Part shown: positions 20,358 to 29,064 of the stretch, piece after piece
How the letters are laid out: the number at the start of each line of letters is the position of its first letter
Position numbering within the stretch: the first letter of the stretch is position 1
Source: an uncultured Chloroflexia bacterium
GTDB taxonomy: Bacteria; Chloroflexota; Limnocylindria; Limnocylindrales; CSP1-4
Length of the DNA: 64,000 nt
Direction: 5' to 3'
Assembly (NCBI GenBank): GCA_963813535.1
Contig: CAWEZH010000002.1
Span: 960,001-1,024,000 of the forward strand
The notes under the pieces: model-generated
Seen by the model: only the letters and a program-made list of their open reading frames with translations
Databases searched by the model: none
What the model was told of the DNA's origin: nothing
Position numbers and translations under genes: made by a program

Positions 20358-21284
20358 TCAGTTCGTGGCGGAGACGCTGGTCGAGTCGACGGTCGTCGCG
20401 CGGTAGCCGTCGATGGCTGCGCGCACGGCCTCGACGTCGGTGATGCCGGCCTCGGCGAGACCCGCGAGATAGTCCTTTCGTCGATCGACTTCGGCCTCGA
20501 AGTCGCCGGGGCGGCGGTCGACCCGGAGGGCGAGCTCTGGGGTGATGCCCCATGCGAAGTGTTCGAAATGGTCGCGGTCAGGGTCCCACGTCGCGAGGAC
20601 CGCCGGACCGAGACGCTGTACATGGCCGTGTTCGTCGCGGGCGATCGGGCGGATGTAGTGCGCGGCCGCGACGCGCCGCAGCCCGTCCCCGACAGGTCGC
20701 AGGATCAGCACGATCCCGAGCCGCGACAGCTCGTCGTCGCCAAGGCTGACGGGTGGTCGGCGCAGCTGCTCGAACACCTCATCGAGGGAATCTGCGTGGA
20801 TGGTCGCGGCAAGGCCGTACCCGATGGCCGCGGCACGCACGGCGATCCTCGCCTCCGCGCCCCAGGTGTACGAGGGCAGGTGATCGGACAGTTCGGGGAT
20901 GAGCAGGACCGTGTCGTCGGGCCGGTTCGGGGGCGGTCGGCGCCCGCTGACACGGGCCGCGATCGCCTGCGGCGTGAGCGTGGGCCGCCACCCGAGCTCC
21001 GGCGCCTGCGGCAGCCAGTCGAACGTCTCCATGGCGCCGGCCAGCTCGACGGTGCGGATGCCGGGCGGTAGGAAGGTGAGGACCGCATCGAGGAGGGTGG
21101 TCTTGCCGACCTGTCGGGCAGACGCTCCGACGATGATCGGGACTCGTCCTTCGATCAGCAGCCAGAGCGTCGCGGCCAGCTCCGCATCGAGCGTGCCGGA
21201 ACGGATCAACTCGACGATCGAGCGCGGCGTCGGCGGGATGTGGCGGATGGCCCACCGGCCCCGCCCCGGCGAGGTCTCGGCCAC
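20358..21284 (-). CDS. Stand-alone VirB11/CpaF-like secretion-ATPase-domain protein
   Basis: SIVELIRSGTLD, atypical Walker A (ARQVGKTTLL), His-box ATIHADS. Confidence 0.6.
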   Translation of the reverse strand: MAETSPGRGRWAIRHIPPTPRSIVELIRSGTLDAELAATLWLLIEGRVPIIVGASARQVGKTTLLDAVLTFLPPGIRTVELAGAMETFDWLPQAPELGWRPTLTPQAIAARVSGRRPPPNRPDDTVLLIPELSDHLPSYTWGAEARIAVRAAAIGYGLAATIHADSLDEVFEQLRRPPVSLGDDELSRLGIVLILRPVGDGLRRVAAAHYIRPIARDEHGHVQRLGPAVLATWDPDRDHFEHFAWGITPELALRVDRRPGDFEAEVDRRKDYLAGLAEAGITDVEAVRAAIDGYRATTVDSTSVSATN

Positions 21285-21370
21285 GGTCGGAGCGTAGGGC
21301 CGGGTCCGTGGAGCGTCAAACGTCGCGGTCCGGGTCGGGCGGACAGCGCGGCGTGGAGTGCCCCGCGCCT

Positions 21371-21525
21371 GTCACCGGGTGACCGAACGGGCGGTCAAAC
21401 GCCCGGGGCGCGCCCGTCCGCGCTGCTTCGTTCGTCGCCCCGGTCACCGGGTGACGCGACGGGCGGTCGAACTCGCCTCGGGCGCGGATTGGGGCGGTCC
21501 TTCTTCGGTTCGGTCACGGGGTGAC
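21371..21525. repeat. Three 13-bp palindromes GTCAC-N3-GTGAC at about 71-bp period (REP-like array)
   Basis: gtcaccgggtgac at 21371 and 21443, gtcacggggtgac at 21513; units 1 and 2 share a downstream acgggcggtc.aac. Confidence 0.75.
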
Positions 21526-21580
21526 CGAGGCCCGCAATGTCGACACTCGACGTCAACATCACGGCCTACCATCCACCCCG

Positions 21581-22219
21581 ATGGCGCCCGCCCTCGACAT
21601 CCAGCCGCTTACGCCCGAGCGTCTCCCCGACCTCGCCTCGCTCTTCGAGCAGGGCGGCGATCCGAAGTGGTGCTGGTGCGCCTACTTCCGGATCCGCGGC
21701 TTCGATTTCTCGAGCGGTGGCAAGGCTCGTCACCGCCGGGCGATGGAGAGTGCCGTCGACGAGAACGCCCGCGAGGGCCGCGCGCCAGGACTCGTCGCCT
21801 ACGACGGCGGCGAGGCGGTCGGCTGGGTCAGTGTCGGGCCGCGAGAGGACTACGAGCGGCTCGCGTACTCGAAGGTCCTCGCGCCCATCGATGACAAGCC
21901 GGTGTGGTCGATCGTGTGTTTCGTCGTGGGCCGGCGCTCACGCGGCCAGGGCGTCGCGAACAAGCTCCTGGAGGCGGCCATCGACTACGCGCGTGACCAT
22001 GGCGCGACGATGCTGGAGGCCTACCCGGTCGAGGTCCCGAAGGGCAAGCGGATCGGACCGGGCGACGTGTACAAGGGAACGGTGTCCATGTTCACCCGGG
22101 CCGGCTTCAAGGTCGTCGAGCGACGTCAGTGGAACGCGACGACACCCGTCCGCCCCATCGTCCGGCGCGCCCTACGGCCAGCTCGTGGAGGTCGGGGGTC
22201 CGTCAGGGCTACGACGTGA
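21581..22219 (+). CDS. GNAT N-acetyltransferase
   Basis: Motifs WCWC, VGWVSVGPR, SIVCFVV, RGQGVA..LL..AIDYA, EAYP. Confidence 0.85.
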   Translation: MAPALDIQPLTPERLPDLASLFEQGGDPKWCWCAYFRIRGFDFSSGGKARHRRAMESAVDENAREGRAPGLVAYDGGEAVGWVSVGPREDYERLAYSKVLAPIDDKPVWSIVCFVVGRRSRGQGVANKLLEAAIDYARDHGATMLEAYPVEVPKGKRIGPGDVYKGTVSMFTRAGFKVVERRQWNATTPVRPIVRRALRPARGGRGSVRATT

Positions 22220-22844
22220 TGGTCGGCGGCGCGATGACCGTCGCGTCCGGCGCGCTTCGCTTGGCACCTTCGATCAGGAGCCACACGAACGGGAGCAGGA
22301 GGCTGATCACGCCGAGACTCGGGACACTGAACGCGAGGAGGTCGCCAGCCGCGCCGATGAGGTGGTATGCCGTCACGATCGGAACGATGGCCCACCCGAT
22401 GAGCCGTGTCCTCCCCTCGGTGCCCAGGAGCAGGAGACCGAAGAACCAGGCGTAGATGCCGAGCGCGAGTACACGTTCGGGCCAGACCCCGAGGAGACCG
22501 TAGGCGATGTCGTCCAAGGCGGCGTTCTGGGAAAAGAGGCTGCTGAGTGCCTGCAGGAGAAAGATCCCCGCAAACAACGCCGCGGACAGGGCTCCGATCG
22601 CATTGATCCAACGGGGCAACCCGAAGTCGAAGATGGCCCTGACGAAGAGCAGCATCCCGATGGTCAGGACGACGTGAACGACGACTTGTGGGGCGTTGCC
22701 CCCGACGACCATTTGGGACGCCACCGCTAGGGGTACGGCCAGGAGGATCGTCACAGCGGCCGCAACGGCCCAGGTGGATCTCATCATGGCCTTGGAACCT
22801 GTGGTTCGGAGCATCGTGGGATCAACGGAGTCGACCGACGCCAT
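22209..22844 (-). CDS. Hypothetical multi-pass membrane protein
   Basis: About 6 hydrophobic segments; GGAGGT RBS before ATG 22844. Confidence 0.6.
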   Translation of the reverse strand: MASVDSVDPTMLRTTGSKAMMRSTWAVAAAVTILLAVPLAVASQMVVGGNAPQVVVHVVLTIGMLLFVRAIFDFGLPRWINAIGALSAALFAGIFLLQALSSLFSQNAALDDIAYGLLGVWPERVLALGIYAWFFGLLLLGTEGRTRLIGWAIVPIVTAYHLIGAAGDLLAFSVPSLGVISLLLPFVWLLIEGAKRSAPDATVIAPPTITS

Positions 22845-23035
22845 CGTGTGTACCTCCCGTACGGTCGTTCCCCTAGGAGCGCGGTAGACGCGAAGTCTGG
22901 CCCTGGCCACCCCCGGCCGCATGACGTACACGTCATGTCCTCTCTGGCGTGCGACGGCGCTGGAAGGAGTGCGTTTTGGCCCTCGGAGCCGCGCGTACGT
23001 CATCCGTCGTAGCCCGCCACCGTCGTCCGTCCACG

Positions 23036-23065
23036 TTGACATCGGCTTGGTCCGACCCGTAGACT
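23036..23065 (+). promoter_or_regulatory. Sigma70-type promoter
   Basis: TTGACA (23036-41)-N18-TAGACT (23060-65). Confidence 0.7.
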
Positions 23066-23123
23066 GCGCGCCGGGCCTGGAGCGCCCGACCATCCATTCC
23101 CTCTAACGGAGGCGGCTCGGAAT

Positions 23124-23207
23124 ATGTCGATGACGCACCTTCTCCGACGCACGATCGCGCCTATCGGCGCCGTCGATGGCGGGAGATCTGCGCCCATCTC
23201 GAGCTAG
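23124..23207 (+). CDS. Putative leader peptide (uORF, 27 aa: MSMTHLLRRTIAPIGAVDGGRSAPISS)
   Basis: GGAGG upstream, ATG 23124, TAG 23205-07; lies between the promoter and the terminator. Confidence 0.55.
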   Translation: MSMTHLLRRTIAPIGAVDGGRSAPISS

Positions 23208-23241
23208 CCGCAGGCGGCAGGACCGCCTTCCGGAAGCCACG

Positions 23242-23274
23242 AGCCGTGGGCCAGATCGGGCCCCCGGCTTTTTT
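23242..23274 (+). terminator. Intrinsic terminator in the 5' leader (attenuator)
   Basis: AGCCG-T-GGGCC / loop AGATCG / GGCCC-C-CGGCT followed by a T tract (23269-74), upstream of the ABC ATPase start. Confidence 0.8.
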
Positions 23275-23415
23275 GATGCCTTCCCTGCGCTGACCGGACC
23301 GCCGGCAGAGCATCCAGGACCAGCATCGCGAGCCGCGAGGCCCACCGACGAAGCGTCGGACGAGGCCCGCGGCTCTTCCATTTCCACCCACCGCCACCGA
23401 ACTTGGAGTCCACCA

Positions 23416-24300
23416 GTGACCGCCATCCTGACCGAACAACTGAAGACGACCACCCGGCCCGCTCAGGTCGCTTCGACGGCGATGGGGGCGGTCCCTGCCC
23501 TGCTCATCGAGAGCGTCAGCAAGTCGTTCGTCGTCGGCCGCAAGCGCAAGCCTGTCGCCGCGATCACCGATCTGTCGATGCGCCTCGAGCGCGGCGAGAT
23601 GCACGGCATCCTCGGTGCGAACGGCTCGGGCAAGTCGACCCTCATCCGCCTGATCAGCGGGCTGCTCACGCTCGACAGCGGTCGAGTCGAGGTCTTCGGA
23701 CACGACATCGAACGCGAGGAGATGGCGGTGAAGCGGTTGATCAACCGGGTCAGCGTCGATGCCGCCTTCTTCAAGAAGCTCAGCCCGATGGAGAACCTGT
23801 TGTTCGCCGCACGGCTGTACGGGATCGACGGGGCGACCGCCAAGCGGCAGACCGTCGAGATCCTGGCCCGGCTGGGCATCGGCGAGAAGCGAGTCGGCCG
23901 GCCGGTCGAGCAGATGAGCCGTGGCATGCAGCAGAAGGTCGCCATCGCGCGAGCCATGCTGACGAGCCCGACCCTCCTGCTGCTCGACGAGCCGACCACC
24001 GGTCTCGACCCGCGCAGCAAGCTCGACGTGCAGGCCTTCATCGAGGAGATCAACGAGACCCACGACGCAACGATCGTCCTGACGACCCACGACCTGGCCG
24101 AGGCGGAGCGCCTCTGCAGCCGGATCACGGTCCTCAACGACGGCCGTGTCGTGGCGGAGGACACGCCCGACGGGCTGAAGCAGACGACATCGGAGCGGCT
24201 CGGCCAGCCGGCCAGCCTCGAGGACGTGTTCATGACCTACACCGGCCGCTCCCTCGACGACGACGTCGACGAGGACGAGACAGAGCCGGACGACGACTAG
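23416..24300 (+). CDS. ABC exporter ATP-binding protein (DrrA-like)
   Basis: GANGSGKST, MSRGMQQK, LLLDEPTTGLDP, TTH; GGAG RBS before GTG 23416. Confidence 0.92.
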   Translation: MTAILTEQLKTTTRPAQVASTAMGAVPALLIESVSKSFVVGRKRKPVAAITDLSMRLERGEMHGILGANGSGKSTLIRLISGLLTLDSGRVEVFGHDIEREEMAVKRLINRVSVDAAFFKKLSPMENLLFAARLYGIDGATAKRQTVEILARLGIGEKRVGRPVEQMSRGMQQKVAIARAMLTSPTLLLLDEPTTGLDPRSKLDVQAFIEEINETHDATIVLTTHDLAEAERLCSRITVLNDGRVVAEDTPDGLKQTTSERLGQPASLEDVFMTYTGRSLDDDVDEDETEPDDD

Positions 24301-24324
24301 ATGACCAGAAAGGAGGTGATATCG

Positions 24325-24513
24325 ATGAACTTCAACCAGATCGCATTGGAGCTGGCGCAGTTGCGCCAGGAAGAGCTGATCGCTGAGTCCGCGCGTGCGC
24401 GCCGGACCCCGCGCAACAGCCCGTCCATCCGCCGATCGATCGGCCGCCGCGTCATCGCGGTGGGCGAGCGGATCGCTGCGGATACCGCACTGGAGCTGGC
24501 TCGGTCCCGCTAA
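24325..24513 (+). CDS. Small basic hypothetical protein (62 aa)
   Basis: Near-perfect RBS AGAAAGGAGGTGAT before ATG 24325. Confidence 0.7.
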   Translation: MNFNQIALELAQLRQEELIAESARARRTPRNSPSIRRSIGRRVIAVGERIAADTALELARSR

Positions 24514-24549
24514 CGGACCGAGCCGGCCTCCACCTCAGGAGATCCTCTC

Positions 24550-25353
24550 GTGACCATCGTCGCCCATGAGCTGAAGGCCTCGTACGCCTTCATCGAGCGC
24601 AACTTCTTTCTGACTCGCCGCTACTGGGGCTGGGAACTCGCGTTCCTGGTCTATTCGGTCGCGGGCGCGCTGTCGATCTCGCTCATCGGTGCCGACCAGG
24701 GCAGCCCCGAGCTGCTGCTGACATTGATGGTGGGGGCGATCTTCTGGAACTACCTCTCGGTCGTGTTCAGCTGGATCGCCGAGACAGTGTCGATCGAGCG
24801 CTGGGAAGGGACCCTCGAGTACACCTTCATGGCCCCGGTCCGGCGCTCGTCCCAGCTGTTCGGCAGCGTCATCTACGCGATGTTCTACGGCCTGATCCAC
24901 ACGGCCGTGATCTTCGTCGCGCTCCTGCTGTTCTTCCCGCAGCTCGACTTCAGCCAGGCGAACCCGGTGACGGCGCTCACGTTCGTGCTGCTCGGCTCGT
25001 TCAGCTTCGTCGGGATCGGGATGATCGCTGCGATCCTGCCGCTGCTGTACGTCGAGCGCGGCGCGCAGATGACGTTCGTGCTCCAGTCATGCCTGCTGCT
25101 CGTCAGCGGCGTGTACTACTCGATCGAGATCCTGCCCGAGTGGATGCAGGTCCTGTCGCGCCTGTCGCCGGCGACGTACGTCCTCGACGGCGTGCGGGCC
25201 GGGCTCGTCCACGGGGCCTCCGTGTCGGAGCTGACCTACGACATCTGGCCGCTCATCGTGAGCGGGATCGTGCTGATCCCGTTCGGCCTGTGGGCATTCG
25301 CGCGCGCCGAGCGCTACGCGAAGCGCACCGGGAAGCTCAAGAGGGTCGGATAG
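24550..25353 (+). CDS. ABC-2 type exporter permease
   Basis: ERWEGTLEYTFMAP, SGVYY..LPEWMQ..SP.TY; 6 TM helices. Confidence 0.9.
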   Translation: MTIVAHELKASYAFIERNFFLTRRYWGWELAFLVYSVAGALSISLIGADQGSPELLLTLMVGAIFWNYLSVVFSWIAETVSIERWEGTLEYTFMAPVRRSSQLFGSVIYAMFYGLIHTAVIFVALLLFFPQLDFSQANPVTALTFVLLGSFSFVGIGMIAAILPLLYVERGAQMTFVLQSCLLLVSGVYYSIEILPEWMQVLSRLSPATYVLDGVRAGLVHGASVSELTYDIWPLIVSGIVLIPFGLWAFARAERYAKRTGKLKRVG

Positions 25354-25358
25354 TGATC

Positions 25359-26396
25359 ATGCCTGAGCCGGCCACGGCCCGCGTCATCGCCGTCCACAAG
25401 GAGACGTCGATCGTGCGCGGGCCGGACGGCACCGACCGGTCGGCGGTCGTCTCGGGTCGGTTCCGGTACGACGCCCTTGCCACGTCCGACTATCCAGCCG
25501 TCGGCGACTGGGTCGCGATCTCGGATGGCCAGGACCCGGTCGTCATCACCGCGGTCCTTCCCCGCCGGTCCGCGTTCGTCCGCAGTGCGGCGGACGCGAG
25601 CCGCCGGTCGGCGGGTCATCTCGTCGACGAGCAGGTGCTCGCAGCGAACGTGGATGTGGCCTTCCTCGTGGCCGGGCTCGACCATGACTTCAACATCCGT
25701 CGACTCGAGCGATATCTGGCGGTCGCCTGGTCGAGCGGTGTGCGTCCGGTCGTCGTACTCAACAAAGCCGACATCGCGCTCGACCTCGAAGCGAGGCTCG
25801 TCGACGTCGCCTCGGTAGCACCGGCGGTGCCGATCGTCGTCCTGTCGGCGCTGACTGGCGACCACGTCGCCGACCTGGCCCCGTACCTCGCCCCCGGCCA
25901 GACCGCGGTCGTGCTGGGGTCGTCCGGTGTCGGCAAGTCAACCCTCGTCAACGCGCTCCTCGGCACGCAGCGCCAGGCCACCGCCGCGGTGCGGGAGGAC
26001 GACTCCCGCGGGCGACACACCACGACGCACCGGGAGCTGTTCGAGCTGCCGGACGGCGCATTCCTGATCGATACACCGGGGATCCGGTCGCTGGAGGTCG
26101 CCGGCGCGGACGAGGGGATCGATGTCGCATTCGACGATGTCGCCGACCTCGCAGCGCAGTGCCGGTTCAGCGATTGCCGCCATCGCGGTGAGCCTGGCTG
26201 CGCGATCCGCGCGGCCCTCGACGACGGCAGCCTGAGCGCGGACCGGTTGGCGAGCCACGAGAAGCTCGAGCGCGAGCTCGCCCATGCCGAGCGCAAGGTC
26301 GATCCGCGCGCGCGGGCCGAGGCGCGCCGGCGCTGGAAGACCATCCACAAGACGGTCGGCCGCCACATGCAGGACAAGTACGGGGAGGCACGGTGA
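25359..26396 (+). CDS. rsgA: Ribosome small subunit-dependent GTPase A
   Basis: PAVGDWV, AANVD, LNKAD, GSSGVGKSTL, GRHTTT, IDTPG, zinc finger CRFSDCRHRGEPGC. Confidence 0.93.
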   Translation: MPEPATARVIAVHKETSIVRGPDGTDRSAVVSGRFRYDALATSDYPAVGDWVAISDGQDPVVITAVLPRRSAFVRSAADASRRSAGHLVDEQVLAANVDVAFLVAGLDHDFNIRRLERYLAVAWSSGVRPVVVLNKADIALDLEARLVDVASVAPAVPIVVLSALTGDHVADLAPYLAPGQTAVVLGSSGVGKSTLVNALLGTQRQATAAVREDDSRGRHTTTHRELFELPDGAFLIDTPGIRSLEVAGADEGIDVAFDDVADLAAQCRFSDCRHRGEPGCAIRAALDDGSLSADRLASHEKLERELAHAERKVDPRARAEARRRWKTIHKTVGRHMQDKYGEAR

Positions 26397-27413
26397 TGAC
26401 GACGAGAGCCGACGAGTCGCTCGAGCTCGTGGGCGCACCACCGATCGACGGGCTCAGCTTCCGTCCACCGCGCGGCGACGACAGCGACTACGAGTCGATG
26501 GCGCGCGTAATCGGCATCGCGAGCCTGCACGACCATGACCCCTGGCTACCGACCGCCACCAACCTCCGCGAGGAGATGGAGGGCACCTCCACGCTGGATC
26601 CGTCCCGTGACGCGCTCGTGGCCGAGGTCGACGGCGAGATCGATCGCCCTTTCGTCGGTCGAAAGGGTGCTTCGTGGCGGCACGGCGATGTTCGACCTCC
26701 GTGGCACGCTCCTGCCCGAGTACCGCCACCGGGGCATCGGGCGCGCGATGCTGCATGCCAGCCTTCGTCGAGCGACCGAGCAGGCCATCGAGGCCGGCGA
26801 TGCCTTCCCCCTCACGGTGCGGGGCTTCGCGTCGGAGCTCGAGACCGGTCACCGCGCGCTCCTCGAAACGGAGGGCTTCACGATCAACCGGTGGTTCTTC
26901 CTCATGCATCGTCCGACGCTCGGTGCCATCCCCGATGCGCCGCTTCCGCCCGGTATCGAGCTGCGACCCGTCCGCGAGGAGGATCACCGCGCCATCTTCG
27001 ATGCCGAGTTCGAGGCATTCCAGGATCACTGGCAGCCGCATGACTACGACGAGGTCGAGTTCGAGGGCCTCTACAAGAAGGCCGATCTCGACACCGGGCT
27101 GTGGGTGGTCGCGTGGGATGGCGCTCAGATCGCGGGCGTCGTCCAGAACTGGATCTGGGCCGAGGAGAACGAGAAGCTCGGGGTCAGTCGCGGCTGGCTC
27201 GAGCACATCAGTGTCCGCCGACCGTGGCGCCGACAGGGGCTCGGTCGCGCGATCACGGCGGAATCGCTGCGTCGTCTGCGAGCCGCCGGCATGACCGATG
27301 CGATGCTCGGGGTCGACGCCGAGAATCCGACCGGGGCGCTCGGCCTGTACGAGAGTCTGGGTTTCGACGTCACGCAGCGGATGTCCGCCTACGTGCGAAC
27401 CGTGGAGCGCTGA
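26393..27413 (+). pseudogene. Tandem GNAT acetyltransferase (MshD-like), frameshifted near 26640
   Basis: The N-part ends at AEVDGE; RHRGIGRAML and RRQGLGRA...LGVDAEN..GALGLYESLGF continue in another frame. Confidence 0.8.
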
Positions 27414-27473
27414 ACCGCGGGCTCCTACCCCGGGCAGTGGCATCATGGTCGGGACGCGTTGGAGGATCCGATC

Positions 27474-27890
27474 ATGCGTGCGTTCCTGATCGTGGCCAAC
27501 CAGACGCTGACGAGCCAGTCGCTGACCCAGGAGATCACGGCGCGACTCGCCGACGGACCGGTTCGGACCCACGTCGTCGTCCCCCTGAGCCCGGTCGGCG
27601 GGCGGCTCACGTGGGACGAACAGGCGTCCCGGGCCGTCGCCCAGACCCGTCTCGAGGAGATGCTCGAGCGACTGCGCGAGATGGGAGCCGAGGCCGACGG
27701 CGAGATCGGCGACCGCGACCCGGTCATGGCCGTGCGCGATGCCCTGCGCGGGCGGGAGGTCGACGAGGTCATCGTGTCGACCCTGCCCAAGGGCCTGTCG
27801 CGCTGGCTGGGCGAGGACGTGCCGAGCCGACTCCGTGACTCGGTGAAGGTGCCAGTCACGGTGGTGACCCAGGACGGGACCGTCGCCTGA
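27474..27890 (+). CDS. Universal-stress-protein-like (adenine nucleotide alpha hydrolase fold) protein
   Basis: LIVANQTL...GDRDP...DEVIVSTLP..SRWL pattern; GGAGG RBS. Confidence 0.65.
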   Translation: MRAFLIVANQTLTSQSLTQEITARLADGPVRTHVVVPLSPVGGRLTWDEQASRAVAQTRLEEMLERLREMGAEADGEIGDRDPVMAVRDALRGREVDEVIVSTLPKGLSRWLGEDVPSRLRDSVKVPVTVVTQDGTVA

Positions 27891-27930
27891 CGAGCCGAGA
27901 AGCGCCCAGGCACGGCGGGAGCCAAACAGG

Positions 27931-28578
27931 CTAGGCGAACAACCGTCCCGAGTCGCGGACGAGCTCGAGCCATGGGCGCTCCCGGCCGAGCGTCGTCTCG
28001 GCGCCGTGGCCGGGGAAGACCGTCACACCGTCCTCGAGCTCGAGCAATCGCCCGAGCGAACCGACCATCGCGTCCGCGTCGCCACCGGGCAGGTCGACCC
28101 GGCCCCAGCCTCCGGCGAACAGCGTGTCGCCGCTGAACAGGAGACCCGCGTCGGGTTCGAGGAGGCAGACCGACCCCTCCGTATGACCCGGCGTGTGGAG
28201 CACCCGCAACCGGATCGAACCGAGGCGGACCTCGCCGCCCTCGGCGAGATCGACGGCCGGGACGGACGGCGGGATCTCGAATGGGGCATAGGTCGCCGTC
28301 GGATGCTCCAGCCGGTCGCGATCAAGCGGATGGACGGCGATGTCGGAGCCAGTGTGCTCGGCGACGGCGGCGTTGTCGCCGATGTGGTCCCAGTGGCCGT
28401 GGCTCGAGACGATGAGCTTGAGCGTCCAGTCGCGAGCCGCCAGCTCGTCGGCGATCCAGGCGAGACACGGCGTGGCGGTGTCGATAGCGATCGCCTCGCG
28501 CGAGCGCGGGTCGGCAAGCACGTGGACGTTGGTCGCGAGCGGGCCGATCACGCGGTGCAGCCGCTCCATCAACGGCAT
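27931..28578 (-). CDS. MBL-fold metallo-hydrolase (glyoxalase II-like)
   Basis: SHGHWDHIG, HTPGHT, LFSGDTLF, GRVDLPGG, PGHG. Confidence 0.9.
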   Translation of the reverse strand: MPLMERLHRVIGPLATNVHVLADPRSREAIAIDTATPCLAWIADELAARDWTLKLIVSSHGHWDHIGDNAAVAEHTGSDIAVHPLDRDRLEHPTATYAPFEIPPSVPAVDLAEGGEVRLGSIRLRVLHTPGHTEGSVCLLEPDAGLLFSGDTLFAGGWGRVDLPGGDADAMVGSLGRLLELEDGVTVFPGHGAETTLGRERPWLELVRDSGRLFA

Positions 28579-29033
28579 CAGCCCGGGGATTCGCTGCCTT
28601 CGAGCTTGGCTTTGATGCAGTCGAACGTCTGGCCGATCATCTTGTTCGCGGTCCCCTCGATCAGTCTCGCGCCGACGCTGGCGATCGTGCCCGAGATGTT
28701 GACGTCGGCCGACCAATCCATCGTCGTCCCGGCGCCGTCGCTGTCGGACAGCTGCATCCGTGCGTCCGCGTCGACGGCACTGCCCGGCGCCTGACCGTGC
28801 GCCCGGATCGTGGCGACGGAGGGCGCGTCCAGGTCGACGAACTCCATGTTGACGATGAACCGCGCGCTGATGAACCCGACGCCGACCTTGGCGGTCGCCT
28901 TGAAGTGCGAATCGTCGATGACTTCGATCGATTCGACGCCGGGGCCGCACTGGCCGACCTGATTCGGATCGATCACGAATGCCCACACCCGGTCGCGGGG
29001 TGCGGCGATCTCGACGGTGCCTTCGAAGTGCAT
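28578..29033 (-). CDS. coxG: CO dehydrogenase accessory protein CoxG (SRPBCC)
   Basis: VW..DP...C.PG and G.IASVGARLI motifs; lies in the cox operon. Confidence 0.85.
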   Translation of the reverse strand: MHFEGTVEIAAPRDRVWAFVIDPNQVGQCGPGVESIEVIDDSHFKATAKVGVGFISARFIVNMEFVDLDAPSVATIRAHGQAPGSAVDADARMQLSDSDGAGTTMDWSADVNISGTIASVGARLIEGTANKMIGQTFDCIKAKLEGSESPG

Positions 29034-29064
29034 CGGATCCTCCGGTCGCGTCTGACCTGTGCGG

